A DNA stretch of 64,000 nt from a bacterium (GTDB lineage Bacteria > SM23-31): NCBI GenBank assembly GCA_965249485.1, contig OZ252239.1, positions 2,464,001 through 2,528,000 on the forward strand, read 5' to 3'. Position 1 is the first letter of the stretch, and the number at the start of each line of letters is the position of its first letter. The notes beneath the pieces are model-generated. The model saw nothing but the letters and a program-made list of their open reading frames with translations, was not told where the DNA came from and made no database searches. Shown here in pieces: positions 9,597 through 19,646 of this stretch. Made by a program: the position numbers and the translations under genes.

Positions 9597-11486
9597 ATGG
9601 AACAAATAGAAAAAAAGGTTTTCGATTTTACAACCCTAATCATGGTGATTCTCGTAATTGGGATAACTCCACTGATTTTCCATTCCACAATGCCACAAGG
9701 GTATTCTGCCCCAAAAGAAATTTTTCTTCAGTTGATTATAATTACTGCTGCCCTTATTCAGTTATTACGAATTGCTTATACTAATTCAATTACACTTAAT
9801 CTAAACGCATTAGATATATTAATTTTTGCAAAGCTAATATTAATAATATCATTGGTTATTATATTGGACCGCTATTCAATTTCTTCAGCAAAATTAGATG
9901 TCTTAATCTCTGGAACATTATTCTATTGGTTAGTACAAACATGCTTTCCCAGTTATCGGTCTTTTAACAAATCAATAAAATATCTCAAGTATATATTATG
10001 GATAGTATTGATTGCATGTATAATTGAATCAATTATAGGATATCTACAATATTTCAATATAATTCCCTTTCAAGGAAATTATATATTTGAATCTGTAATA
10101 ATAGGAACATTTGGAAATGTTAATAGAGTTGGCGGATTTTTGGCCGCAAGCCTTCCATTACTTACCGGGCTATTTCTGCTAAGTGAGAAGAAACAACATA
10201 GATTAGGTATAGGTATTAGCATATTTATTGTTTTTTCACTCATTATTTTAACCGAAAGCCGGGGGGCATGGATAGGATTGATAACGGCAATAATTATTTA
10301 TGATACAGGCTATTTAAAAAAGATTTGGATATATTTCAAGAAAAGTAATTTCAAAATAATACTATCCAGTGTCAGTTTAGGGATATTTACCACATTTGTT
10401 TATTTGCTCTATTCAATGAATGTTGCTTCAAGTTTAGGGAGAATATTTATTTGGAAAGTTACATCGCATATGATAATTGATAACCCAGTATTTGGAATCG
10501 GACATGGTAACTATCCTGTCAAATATCTCGACTATCAGGCAAATTTCTTCACAAATATTTCAAACACAGTTTATTTTGATTTTGCTGCTAATTTAAAACA
10601 AGCCCATAATCAATATCTTGAAATTTTAGCTGAAACAGGTGTTGTGGGTTTGCTATTGTTTTTTGTATTGATTTATGTTGTTTATCGATTATGTTCAAAG
10701 TTGATAAATAGAGCATGTAATGAGCCTCTATCACATATAGGAAGAATGTTGCGTGCATCTACAACGGTTATAATAGTACATTCATTCTTTGATAGCCCTT
10801 TATTTACTTTACCAATACTCTTACTATTTTACTTTAACATTTCAATTCTGGCAACATTCTTAAAGAATAATAATGTACACCAAAGTCTCTTTCACGTGTC
10901 ATTCTCAATTCTTAAGAAATCACACATGAAGCAACTATATAAATTAGCTTTTGTTGGATCTTGTCTGATTGGAGTTTTATTATTTTTCAATATAAATAAA
11001 AAAATTCAAGGATACAGTCTTTGGAATGATGGGAAGCATATGGATTATGTTGGTTCTGATCAATGGGAAAAGAGCATTAAATGTTTTACAAAAGCGATTC
11101 AATGTATTCCAAACAATGGAGAACTATATCACAACTTAGGTATAGCGTATGTTATGGATCAACAATTTGAAAAAGCACTTTCAGCATTTGAAACCGCACG
11201 TATAAATTTTAATGATAGAGATATATATTTGTTCAACGGAATTGCTTATCAGGAATTAGAAAATTACACTCAAGCAGAATATTATTATCTAAAAGCTATT
11301 AATATGTTTCCAAATCAATTACGTCCACGATTAATGCTTGGTATAATGTTTAAGGAAACTAACCAGTTACAAAAGGCACAAATCTTTCTGGAAGGAATAA
11401 TCAATATCAAACCTAAAATTCAAAATCGTGAAACGGAAATTATAAAAAATGCAGCAGCAAAGTTATTGGAAAGTCTGATAACCTAA
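9597..11486 (+). CDS. O-antigen ligase (Wzy_C)/O-oligosaccharyltransferase-like membrane protein with C-terminal TPRs
   Basis: GTFGNVN, TESRGAWIG, GRIFIW, PVFGIGHGNY, AHNQYLEILAETG; TPR repeats at the C-terminus. Confidence 0.85.
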   Translation: MEQIEKKVFDFTTLIMVILVIGITPLIFHSTMPQGYSAPKEIFLQLIIITAALIQLLRIAYTNSITLNLNALDILIFAKLILIISLVIILDRYSISSAKLDVLISGTLFYWLVQTCFPSYRSFNKSIKYLKYILWIVLIACIIESIIGYLQYFNIIPFQGNYIFESVIIGTFGNVNRVGGFLAASLPLLTGLFLLSEKKQHRLGIGISIFIVFSLIILTESRGAWIGLITAIIIYDTGYLKKIWIYFKKSNFKIILSSVSLGIFTTFVYLLYSMNVASSLGRIFIWKVTSHMIIDNPVFGIGHGNYPVKYLDYQANFFTNISNTVYFDFAANLKQAHNQYLEILAETGVVGLLLFFVLIYVVYRLCSKLINRACNEPLSHIGRMLRASTTVIIVHSFFDSPLFTLPILLLFYFNISILATFLKNNNVHQSLFHVSFSILKKSHMKQLYKLAFVGSCLIGVLLFFNINKKIQGYSLWNDGKHMDYVGSDQWEKSIKCFTKAIQCIPNNGELYHNLGIAYVMDQQFEKALSAFETARINFNDRDIYLFNGIAYQELENYTQAEYYYLKAINMFPNQLRPRLMLGIMFKETNQLQKAQIFLEGIINIKPKIQNRETEIIKNAAAKLLESLIT

Positions 11487-11579
11487 ATCGTTTTTCATGA
11501 ATAATTTATATAGAGATTATATGTATTTCATATGTTTCAGTTTTTCTTCAAATCAATCCTAAAAAAAGGGGATAAAAAA

Positions 11580-14327
11580 ATGAAAAACTCTATTTGTTTT
11601 ATATCACTATTTTTCTCAATCTTTTTTGTGATTTCTTGTCAACAGAAATTGGATGTTTTACCTGTTATTACTATAAATCATTTAAATTCTCAAAATGAAA
11701 TTCCTATCAATAATTGGCAAATAGTCGGTCCATTTTCGACCAGAGATACAGACTTAAATAAGGGTGTATCAGGATACAATCGCGATGATTTAATTAATTT
11801 TGAAACCAATGAGGCGAGTATAACTCCTGATATATTTGCAGGTATTCAAAAGCAGAATGCTATAAACAAACATAATATTCCAAGTATTTTTGTAAATGAA
11901 ATAATACACATTACAGGTGAGAGTCATCGAGAAAAATTCATTTTTTCTGAAGATGCTACTGGAAATTTATATGCGGCTTGTATAATTGAAAGCCCTATGG
12001 AGCTAGATGTTGCGTTTTTAACGAAAGTTGGTAAAACATTGTTTGAAAGTAAAATTAAAATATGGCTCAACAATGAATTATTATCAACCCAAGATGCTAC
12101 AAGCTATATGATGAAAATACTTGATTATACTCCTGCACACCTCAGAAAGGGAAAAAATTTTCTTCTCGTAAAGGTTGACAATAGAGGTGGGGGGTGGGAT
12201 TTCAGCTTTAACATTAGTTCTGTAAAATATGCTAGAGATAGATATAGAGAGCATGGTGGCTCAAACTTCCTTGACAAGAGTATTATCAAGATTGGAGAAA
12301 AAATAGGTATTAATTTAGGATTATTCAAAACAGAAAAATCTGTAACGATTCAGATATTGGATGCAGAACAAAATATCATAAGAGATGAAAAAGTCGAATT
12401 TAATGATCACTGGAGTATTTCTATCGATCAACTTTCCATTGGTTTTTATTATTGTCGCGTTCTTTTTCTTTCAGAATCATTTCAACAACAATTTTATTAT
12501 GGTAATGATATAGGTAAGAAGTTTTCAGATTACGAAAAACGTATTCGATTTTTAAACATTATTGATGATCAAACACAAATAAATATGGATGCATTGATAT
12601 ATCGATATGATCACCTTTTGAATGCTGAGATTTTCGGTACATGGAATGCTCATAGAGAAAGAAGAGCGCAAAAAAGTTTAGTGTATACTGCAATGGAAAT
12701 CGAAACCATTCTCAAGAATCTCGAGGATAGTAAAGAAGGCTTTAAAAATTATCCGGGGAGGCATCTCAGGGGGTTTCGTTCAAAAATTGATAATCAAATT
12801 CAACATTATTTAGTTTATGCACCGAATAAAATTGTGAATACTACGGAGCCAATGCCTCTTTTGATTCGAACTCCTGCACATGCGGATATAGTTCGACCAT
12901 TTTTAGAAAGTGTACAAGTTGCAAATGTTACGGAGATTGAGAGATTCGAAAAAGAAGCAGAAAGAAACGGATTTATAATATTAGTCCCGAGTGCAAGAGA
13001 ATATGCAGAGTTGAATATTAATCCTATTTCAATGACTGACATTTTTGAAGCAATAGATGCTGTAAAAAAAGATTATACAATAGATGATGATAAAATATAT
13101 ATTTTTGGTGAATGCTCAGCCAGCAGAAAGACGTTATTATTGGCTGAGCGATATCCTTCTCGATTTGCGGCAATTAGTTTTTATCAATTTCTAGTAGATC
13201 TTCCACATTATTTTCGCGCTCCTAACACCTGGAAGGAAGCTAATAAACCAATCAATTTTATAGAAAATCTGTCCAATATGCCAATCAAAATAATTCAAGA
13301 TCGGAGCCCTAATGCACCTGTTGAACAATTACTTAAGTTTAATGAAGAAGCTGAACGTAAAGGAATTACCGCTGACTTTACAATATTGGATGGCTCTCCT
13401 CAAGATCTTTATGCAGCCGATTCATTATCTCAAGTTTTAGCATTTTTTAAAGATAAAGTCAAAATAAAAAGCCCCCAAACTGTACAGTTTTCAACGTCTC
13501 AACTGAAATATGACTCTGCATATTGGATTAAAATTAATCGCATTATTCCATTGACAAAAGCAACAATAAAAGCGTCTATTTCTCCCGATAATGTTGTAAC
13601 AGTAGAAGCAGAAAATATTTATCAGTACGAAATATTATTAGAGAATTTAAATTATGACAAAACTAAAAACATTTCTGTATTAACCAACAGTGAGCAAAAT
13701 TTTAATGGACTACCGACTACAAATTCAATAATTATCAATGTATCAAATGAAGATAATAATCCAGCAAATATATATGTTAAAAATAATGTAATTGAAGGAC
13801 CTATATTGGACGCATTTTCGGATAATTTTATTATTGTAGAAGGAACATTAGGAACCGAAAATAATAGAAAAAATTCAAAAAATCTAATAAATGAATTTAA
13901 GAAAACGTGGCAAGATAATTACTATAGTACTCCTAAATTTAAATTAGACCGACAAGTTAAGAATTTTGACATTGAAAATAGTCATTTAATCTTATTTGGT
14001 AACCAAAATACAAATATCATTATTAAAAAGATCATTGATAAAATTCCATTAAAAATTGAGACTAATCGTATTGTCTTGGGGAGCAGGAAATATAAAGGAA
14101 GTAATCTAGGAGTCCACCTAATTTATCCTAATCCATTGAATCCAGAAAAATACGTTTTAATTTTAGGAACAAATAATATGGACAATTTTCAAATAAGAGA
14201 AAAAAACTTAGCTTTAAACGGTTGGAGTGATTACGAAATTTGGAAATATTATGAATCAAATTTATCTGGAATTATTGATGCAGGGTATTTTGATTCTCAT
14301 TGGCAATTACCAGAGAAGACATTTTAA
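11580..14327 (+). CDS. Large lipoprotein with a degenerate alpha/beta-hydrolase (peptidase/esterase-like) domain
   Basis: ATG at 11580 after AAGGGGA; lipobox VISC; DDDKIYIFGECSAS…AERYPSRFAAI resembles the nucleophile-elbow region; C-terminal IYPNPLNPEKYV. Confidence 0.7.
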   Translation: MKNSICFISLFFSIFFVISCQQKLDVLPVITINHLNSQNEIPINNWQIVGPFSTRDTDLNKGVSGYNRDDLINFETNEASITPDIFAGIQKQNAINKHNIPSIFVNEIIHITGESHREKFIFSEDATGNLYAACIIESPMELDVAFLTKVGKTLFESKIKIWLNNELLSTQDATSYMMKILDYTPAHLRKGKNFLLVKVDNRGGGWDFSFNISSVKYARDRYREHGGSNFLDKSIIKIGEKIGINLGLFKTEKSVTIQILDAEQNIIRDEKVEFNDHWSISIDQLSIGFYYCRVLFLSESFQQQFYYGNDIGKKFSDYEKRIRFLNIIDDQTQINMDALIYRYDHLLNAEIFGTWNAHRERRAQKSLVYTAMEIETILKNLEDSKEGFKNYPGRHLRGFRSKIDNQIQHYLVYAPNKIVNTTEPMPLLIRTPAHADIVRPFLESVQVANVTEIERFEKEAERNGFIILVPSAREYAELNINPISMTDIFEAIDAVKKDYTIDDDKIYIFGECSASRKTLLLAERYPSRFAAISFYQFLVDLPHYFRAPNTWKEANKPINFIENLSNMPIKIIQDRSPNAPVEQLLKFNEEAERKGITADFTILDGSPQDLYAADSLSQVLAFFKDKVKIKSPQTVQFSTSQLKYDSAYWIKINRIIPLTKATIKASISPDNVVTVEAENIYQYEILLENLNYDKTKNISVLTNSEQNFNGLPTTNSIIINVSNEDNNPANIYVKNNVIEGPILDAFSDNFIIVEGTLGTENNRKNSKNLINEFKKTWQDNYYSTPKFKLDRQVKNFDIENSHLILFGNQNTNIIIKKIIDKIPLKIETNRIVLGSRKYKGSNLGVHLIYPNPLNPEKYVLILGTNNMDNFQIREKNLALNGWSDYEIWKYYESNLSGIIDAGYFDSHWQLPEKTF

Positions 14328-14777
14328 TTACCGAGATAAAGAAAAGAGAGATTTCTAACATAAATTTTATTCCAGAATCTATAATATTGCATATAGATTA
14401 TATTGTTCAAAAAGGCACAATAATTTAAAAATATATATGGGACATGACAAGCTAACTTTAAGCGATTATCTTATGTCTCTATGTCCCATAATAAGTTATT
14501 GAAATATTATCCGAAATCAGAGTATTAACGAATTATTACAAAATATTATTACTATTTAATACTTTTACTTTATCTAGATCCAATTATTATTTATTAGGCG
14601 GCTTGCTACAGAATGTTCAATTAACTTGGATTGGAAACAAACCAATACGAACGTAGAATATACTAATCACAATAAATTTTAGTTTTAATTTCTCACTATT
14701 AACTAATATTAGATTTAAATTAATACAAATTCACACAAATTAAATAAAGCTAACGAAATAAGATAATGTCAGCCTTT

Positions 14778-15160
14778 TGCTCCTTGGGTAGGACGCGAAC
14801 CTATCCTTTAACTCTTTAAATATTAAATAAATACAACAACTTATACACTTTCCAATTCATCATTTGTGCCCAATTTGTGCCTGAAATATTGTCCTACTGA
14901 GTTTAATCATTTTAAATTTTTAAACATTATTGTTTATTCATTAACACACACGACACTGAACCGCAAAAACTGTTCATCCATAACTTCAATATAAACAACG
15001 TAACTTCTTTATGTAATATAAATTAAAACACTCCATTAGTTTCCACAATTGTCCACTATTTATCACTGTTTTCCAGTAAAATCGGAACATTTTAGGAACA
15101 CTTTCTATAAAATAGATTAAATATGCCTAAATGTATCCAAGTAGGATGCAAACCTATCCT
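14778..15160 (-). repeat. Two degenerate tRNA 3'-half-like fragments (14778-14807, 15132-15160); probable att relics
   Basis: gtaggacgcgaacctatcct vs gtaggatgcaaacctatcct (18/20). On the minus strand each forms a T-arm-like TAGG-TTCGCGT/TTTGCAT-CCTA. Confidence 0.55.
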
Positions 15161-16113
15161 GTCATTCCGCTAATACCTTAAAATAAAAATAATAAATCAA
15201 TTAATAATATAAGTTTAAAAGACATAATTATTTTGCATATTATATCCACATAAATTTTCAATAGTGGTGTCAGTTTATTTGTACAAGTGTAATTGTAATT
15301 GGTTCCAAAACATCTAGCTGTTTACTCCATTTCAATAATGGTGAAAAGGACTTATCATCATAGTTTTCAACTCCAATTACTGTTGCGGTCTTTCTTAATG
15401 CAGTTGCAACATCATCTCCCAGTAAAATAAATTGTTTGAGCGTTTTTATCAATGGTAATTTTCATAGCGCTTCTTTAATAACCGATTTTTTCTGTTCTTG
15501 ATCTCCTTTGTAAGGATATGGTAATTTGATGGCATAGATTTCATCAGTAATTATTTCAATTATACCAATTAACTCACAATTCTTTAATAATTTTCCAGAT
15601 GTACGAGGATCTATTCCAGCAAATTGAGAAATCAATTTATTAGTAGGTAAATCTAACCAAGAAATTGCATCTAATACAGGAAAGATTGAGTCAAGATTTA
15701 CCCGTTGAAAAATAATTGAACATTTATTCTCTTGTTTTTTTGCCATAATTATACTTTAGTTGGCTAATTAGTCATTAAATTGATTTACGGACTGATATGG
15801 TGTTTACTAAAATGTGCAATAACTCGAATATTATGATACCGATATTACGGAAGTCTAATCATAATATTGAGTGATGGTCCGCATTTCATCTTTAGTTATC
15901 ACCAAATTCAATAATTAAGATAACTCGCTACCCTCAATGTAGCAATAAGAATATATCGAAAGAACAATTAATCTTACATTATATTAAAAACAATATATCG
16001 TTTAGGCAGATAAAAATAGCTCTTTTAACCCACATTATTATGTCAAATTTGTCCATTTTTTGCCACTATTTTCAACTACTTTCTAAATTTTTCGGAACAT
16101 TTTCGGAACACTT
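15031..16113. repeat. Duplicated ~70-bp element (15031-15103 and 16041-16113) with 10-bp periodic units and tandem GGAACA motifs
   Basis: tcggaacattttaggaacactt vs tcggaacattttcggaacactt at offset 1010, each preceded by periodic nnCCAnnntt-like units. Confidence 0.65.
15270..15746 (-). pseudogene. Decayed gene of unknown function with an in-frame TGA at 15462-15464
   Basis: ORFs 15462-15746 and 15270-15452 are in one frame (KEAL*KLPLIKTLKQF); HTH-like segment near the N-terminus. Confidence 0.6.
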
Positions 16114-16139
16114 GGGAAAATCATATGATTGTTTTGACG

Positions 16140-16162
16140 AAAAAGCCCCGAGAAATCGGGGC
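16140..16162 (-). terminator. Intrinsic terminator after tRNA-Leu
   Basis: Minus strand GCCCCGA-TTTC-TCGGGGC followed by TTTTT. Confidence 0.8.
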
Positions 16163-16186
16163 GTAAGTTATTGTTATTAATATATG

Positions 16187-16270
16187 TGCCGAAGGGGGGA
16201 CTCGAACCCCCACACCCTTGCGAGTACACGGCCCTGAACCGTGCGCGTCTACCAATTTCACCACTTCGGC
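16187..16270 (-). tRNA. tRNA-Leu (anticodon CAG)
   Basis: GCCGAAG acceptor stem, D-loop AATTGGTAGAC, anticodon arm CACGG-TTCAGGG-CCGTG, long variable arm, GGTTCGAGTCC; CCA not encoded. Confidence 0.97.
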
Positions 16271-16293
16271 ATAGGTGGTATTTGAAAGAGTAA

Positions 16294-16322
16294 AATCTAC
16301 TAAATATTCATCACAAAGTCAA
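16294..16322 (-). promoter_or_regulatory. sigma70-type promoter for tRNA-Leu
   Basis: TTGACT-N17-TAGATT. Confidence 0.6.
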
Positions 16323-16410
16323 GAGCCTGCCAGACAATAAATCCCGCTTTGGCTTGATTATTACTGTTTTTTATAGTATCTTTTCGCGTTAATTGCCGGA
16401 GCATGTGGAA

Positions 16411-16869
16411 ATGTCTGATGATGACGTTCGTATTATAGCTAAGAACAGAAAAGCGTGGTTTGAATACCATATACTTTCAAAAATCGAAACCGGTATTGTT
16501 TTGATCGGTTCTGAGGTGAAATCTATCCGAGATGGAGGGATCAACCTCAAAGACAGTTATGCAACCTTGCGTAATGGCGAGGTGATTCTTGTCGGGGTTC
16601 ACATAAGCCACTATCCGCCTGCCAGTAAATATAATCATGAACCTGAACGTGACCGGAAACTCCTCTTAAATCGGAAAGAGATAAATAAACTGGAATGGAA
16701 GGTGAAAGAGAAAGGGATTTCGCTTATTCCGCTGAGTGTTTACACAAAAAACGGAAAGATCAAGATCGAGCTCGCAACAGCAAAAGGGAAGAAATTATAC
16801 GACAAGCGTGAAGCCATAGCGAAAAAAGACATGGACCGTGAGCAAGAGCGTGAATTGAAATACAAATAG
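16411..16869 (+). CDS. smpB: SsrA-binding protein
   Basis: IAKNRKAWFEY, GSEVKSIR, RKLLL, KGKKLYDKRE. Confidence 0.97.
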   Translation: MSDDDVRIIAKNRKAWFEYHILSKIETGIVLIGSEVKSIRDGGINLKDSYATLRNGEVILVGVHISHYPPASKYNHEPERDRKLLLNRKEINKLEWKVKEKGISLIPLSVYTKNGKIKIELATAKGKKLYDKREAIAKKDMDREQERELKYK

Positions 16870-16905
16870 CGAGCAATGTTTTATTTGAAATAGAATGAGC
16901 AGTGT

Positions 16906-18120
16906 ATGTTTCCTGATATAAATGAACAAATGGATGTTATCAAACGGGGTGTCGAGGAGATTATTCCGAAAGATGAACTTGTTAAGAAATTAGAAAAAAG
17001 TAAAAAAACGAAAAAACCTCTTATTGTAAAAGAAGGTTTTGATCCTACTGCGCCCGATCTACATATCGGCCATATGGTCTCAATCAGGAAATTAAAGGAT
17101 TTTCAGGATCTTGGTCACACGGTTGTGTTCCTGATCGGTGATTTTACAGGAATGGTCGGCGATCCATCAGGCAGAAACGAAATGCGGAAAATGCTGACCC
17201 GGGAAGAAGTAGCGCAAAACGCCGAGACATACAAAGAACAAATATTTAAAGTTCTCGATCCGGTAAAAACAGAGATTCGTTTCAATAGTGAGTGGTTGGG
17301 GAAATTGACCATCTACGATTTTCTTGAGTTAACATCAAAACAGACTGTCGCAAGGATGCTTGAGCGTGATGACTTCAAGGAACGCTTTAAGAATGAAGTT
17401 GATATCAGTATGCTCGAATTTTGCTATCCGCTGCTCCAGGGGTATGACTCGGTAGCTCTGAAAGCGGACGTTGAATTAGGGGGGACGGATCAGAAATTCA
17501 ATCTCCTTATGGCTCGTCTTATTCAAAAGCGATTTGATCTGGAAAGCCAGGTGATTGTCACACTACCGCTTCTTGAGGGGATTCGGGGTGTTGAAAAGAT
17601 GAGCAAAAGCCTCAACAATTATATTGGTATACATGAAGAGGCAAATGAAATTTTTGGTAAAGTAATGTCGATTCCGGATACGTTGATCAGCCGTTATTTT
17701 CTCCTTGCCACTCGAATATCCCGGAAAGAGCTCATTGCAATCGAAAAACAGCTCAATGATCCCACAGTCAATCCGTCAGCATTAAAACGCCAATTGGCCC
17801 GCCAAATTGTTGCTGAGTATTATTCGGATGATGAAGCTGTCAATGCTGAGCAGGAATTCGATAAAGTATTCAAACAAAAGGAAGATCCGACCGATATAGA
17901 AGAGGTAACATTAACGTTATCGCAGCCGGTCTGGATCATCAAATTGCTTTCTCATGCCGGATTAGTTTCAACAAATGCTGAAGGTAGAAGAATGATAAAT
18001 CAGGGTGCGGTTTCGATCAATGGAGAGCGGTGTTCGGATGAAAACAGTGAATTAACGGTTGAAGACGGGACAATTCTCAAAGTCGGAAAAAGACGTTTTA
18101 AAAAAATTAGAATCCCATAA
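16906..18120 (+). CDS. tyrS: Tyrosine--tRNA ligase
   Basis: [27 protein letters not shown]-terminal S4-like domain. Confidence 0.97.
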   Translation: MFPDINEQMDVIKRGVEEIIPKDELVKKLEKSKKTKKPLIVKEGFDPTAPDLHIGHMVSIRKLKDFQDLGHTVVFLIGDFTGMVGDPSGRNEMRKMLTREEVAQNAETYKEQIFKVLDPVKTEIRFNSEWLGKLTIYDFLELTSKQTVARMLERDDFKERFKNEVDISMLEFCYPLLQGYDSVALKADVELGGTDQKFNLLMARLIQKRFDLESQVIVTLPLLEGIRGVEKMSKSLNNYIGIHEEANEIFGKVMSIPDTLISRYFLLATRISRKELIAIEKQLNDPTVNPSALKRQLARQIVAEYYSDDEAVNAEQEFDKVFKQKEDPTDIEEVTLTLSQPVWIIKLLSHAGLVSTNAEGRRMINQGAVSINGERCSDENSELTVEDGTILKVGKRRFKKIRIP

Positions 18121-18129
18121 CATAGATAT

Positions 18130-19614
18130 ATGCTGCTTAATGCTCCAAAATCAGTATCAAGAGATTGGGAATTAGTCCCGATACGCTCGGCACTCGGTCG
18201 AAAATTTGCCTACGATATATTTCCTTCTGAATTTCAAAAAATTACCGATGATTTGAGTCTTGTAATACTTTCTGATCCTGAATATTTAAAAGCAAAAGTG
18301 AGCGATCAGCGTGTAGCTCCAATGATTCGGCGCGGGGCAACTATCACGACAAAAATGCTCCAGACACTCACCTCTAGAAACTGTAGTGTCGTACCGGTAC
18401 TCATACCGGGAAAACCGCAGCAACTCAAAGCATTGACCCAATTTTCACGAAAACAGACGCTCATGCTAGCCGGACGAGTCTATTCCGTTGTTGATGACTG
18501 GCTTCGGAAAGTTAGGAAAGAGAGAGCAATCGGTGTTATCCAGACGGTTAAAAAATTCAGAACACTGCTTCTCCAGAGTTTGAATTACGCACTGAAAGAT
18601 TGGGAAGCGGTCATTGTTACCCTTATTAATGATATTCTTGTTGCGGATGAGAATCTAACCATATTGAGTATTTTTGATGAATTTATCGGAGATGCCGACA
18701 AAGTAAAACAACAAAAAGAGCACAGTATAGAAGTTGCTGTTCTTGCGTTAATGCTCGGCCGGAAATGCAATCTTCCCGTTGAAGATCTGAAAGATTTAGG
18801 GATGGCTGCGCTTATCCATGATTTAGGTATGATTGTATATGAGCAGAAACTAAAGGAACTTATGGGAATGGGCGGTCAAATGGTCGAACATACAGCCATT
18901 AAGGAAATATTTGATCAACATCCGTTATACGGAGCACTTTTACTCACCAAGAAGAATGGTGAACCGATTTCGGGAATATCAGAGAAATCCCGGGAAATAA
19001 TCTATGAACATGAGCGGGATAATAATGACACGGAACCTATGGTTGTCGATGAGGAGTTTGTCGAAGATTTTCATAAAATGGAAATTCCTGAAAGTGTGCT
19101 TTACGCAGATGACAATACTCTTTTCCCCGATTCTTCCCGTCCGAAAGAGATAGTTTATCCCGGCGATCCGGGGGTAAAACGATTTTTGTCTATACCTGCT
19201 CAGATATTACACATTGCTGAGTTTTATGTTACTTTCCTGTCGCATGCAAAAAATAAGGGAATTAAAAATCCCCATAAAAAAGCAATTCAAAAAATGCTGC
19301 AAATAGCAGGTGATAGTATTAACGGCCAAATATTCGAGATATTTTTTAACTATCTTGTTCCAATCAACTACTATCCGGATAATCTGATCGTCAAGCTTTA
19401 TTTCAGAGATACGGCAAAAAATAAAAAGTATGCTAAATACAACAATCATACCGGTGCAATTGTAACGGTCAAAGATTTAAGCAATCGAACACGTAAAATG
19501 ATCCATGTAGTTAAAACACCGGATGGTGAAGAAGTTTCGCCACAGCCTACATTTGACCTTGTCTATGACAAGCCTCATCTCTATTTGAGACTTAAAGATT
19601 GGAACGTAGAGTGA
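18130..19614 (+). CDS. HD-domain (HD-GYP-like, degenerate) protein
   Basis: EHSIEVA, LIHDLG, HPLYG, EHER; no GYP motif. Confidence 0.65.
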   Translation: MLLNAPKSVSRDWELVPIRSALGRKFAYDIFPSEFQKITDDLSLVILSDPEYLKAKVSDQRVAPMIRRGATITTKMLQTLTSRNCSVVPVLIPGKPQQLKALTQFSRKQTLMLAGRVYSVVDDWLRKVRKERAIGVIQTVKKFRTLLLQSLNYALKDWEAVIVTLINDILVADENLTILSIFDEFIGDADKVKQQKEHSIEVAVLALMLGRKCNLPVEDLKDLGMAALIHDLGMIVYEQKLKELMGMGGQMVEHTAIKEIFDQHPLYGALLLTKKNGEPISGISEKSREIIYEHERDNNDTEPMVVDEEFVEDFHKMEIPESVLYADDNTLFPDSSRPKEIVYPGDPGVKRFLSIPAQILHIAEFYVTFLSHAKNKGIKNPHKKAIQKMLQIAGDSINGQIFEIFFNYLVPINYYPDNLIVKLYFRDTAKNKKYAKYNNHTGAIVTVKDLSNRTRKMIHVVKTPDGEEVSPQPTFDLVYDKPHLYLRLKDWNVE

Positions 19615-19646
19615 TACGTCCCGTTAAGGCACAGGGTATTATTTTA

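Larger units (their letters stand above)
1..16186. mobile_element. Putative genomic island (left end outside window) integrated at the 3' end of tRNA-Leu, carrying a RiPP cluster
   Basis: Visibly more AT-rich than the region after 16.3 kb; accessory gene content; ends at the tRNA 3' end; tRNA-fragment and att-arm-like repeats at 14.7-16.1 kb. No integrase seen in the window. Confidence 0.7.

Noticed and set aside
14436..14506. Inverted repeat tatgggacat/atgtcccata as an attC or dif-like site; also TTATGTCAAAT at 16038
   Set aside because: Arm spacing does not fit the 11-6-11 dif consensus and the attC boxes are not properly placed; possibly part of the island scar.
15031..16113. Periodic repeats as a CRISPR array
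   Set aside because: Units are 10 bp and degenerate, with no spacers and no cas genes.
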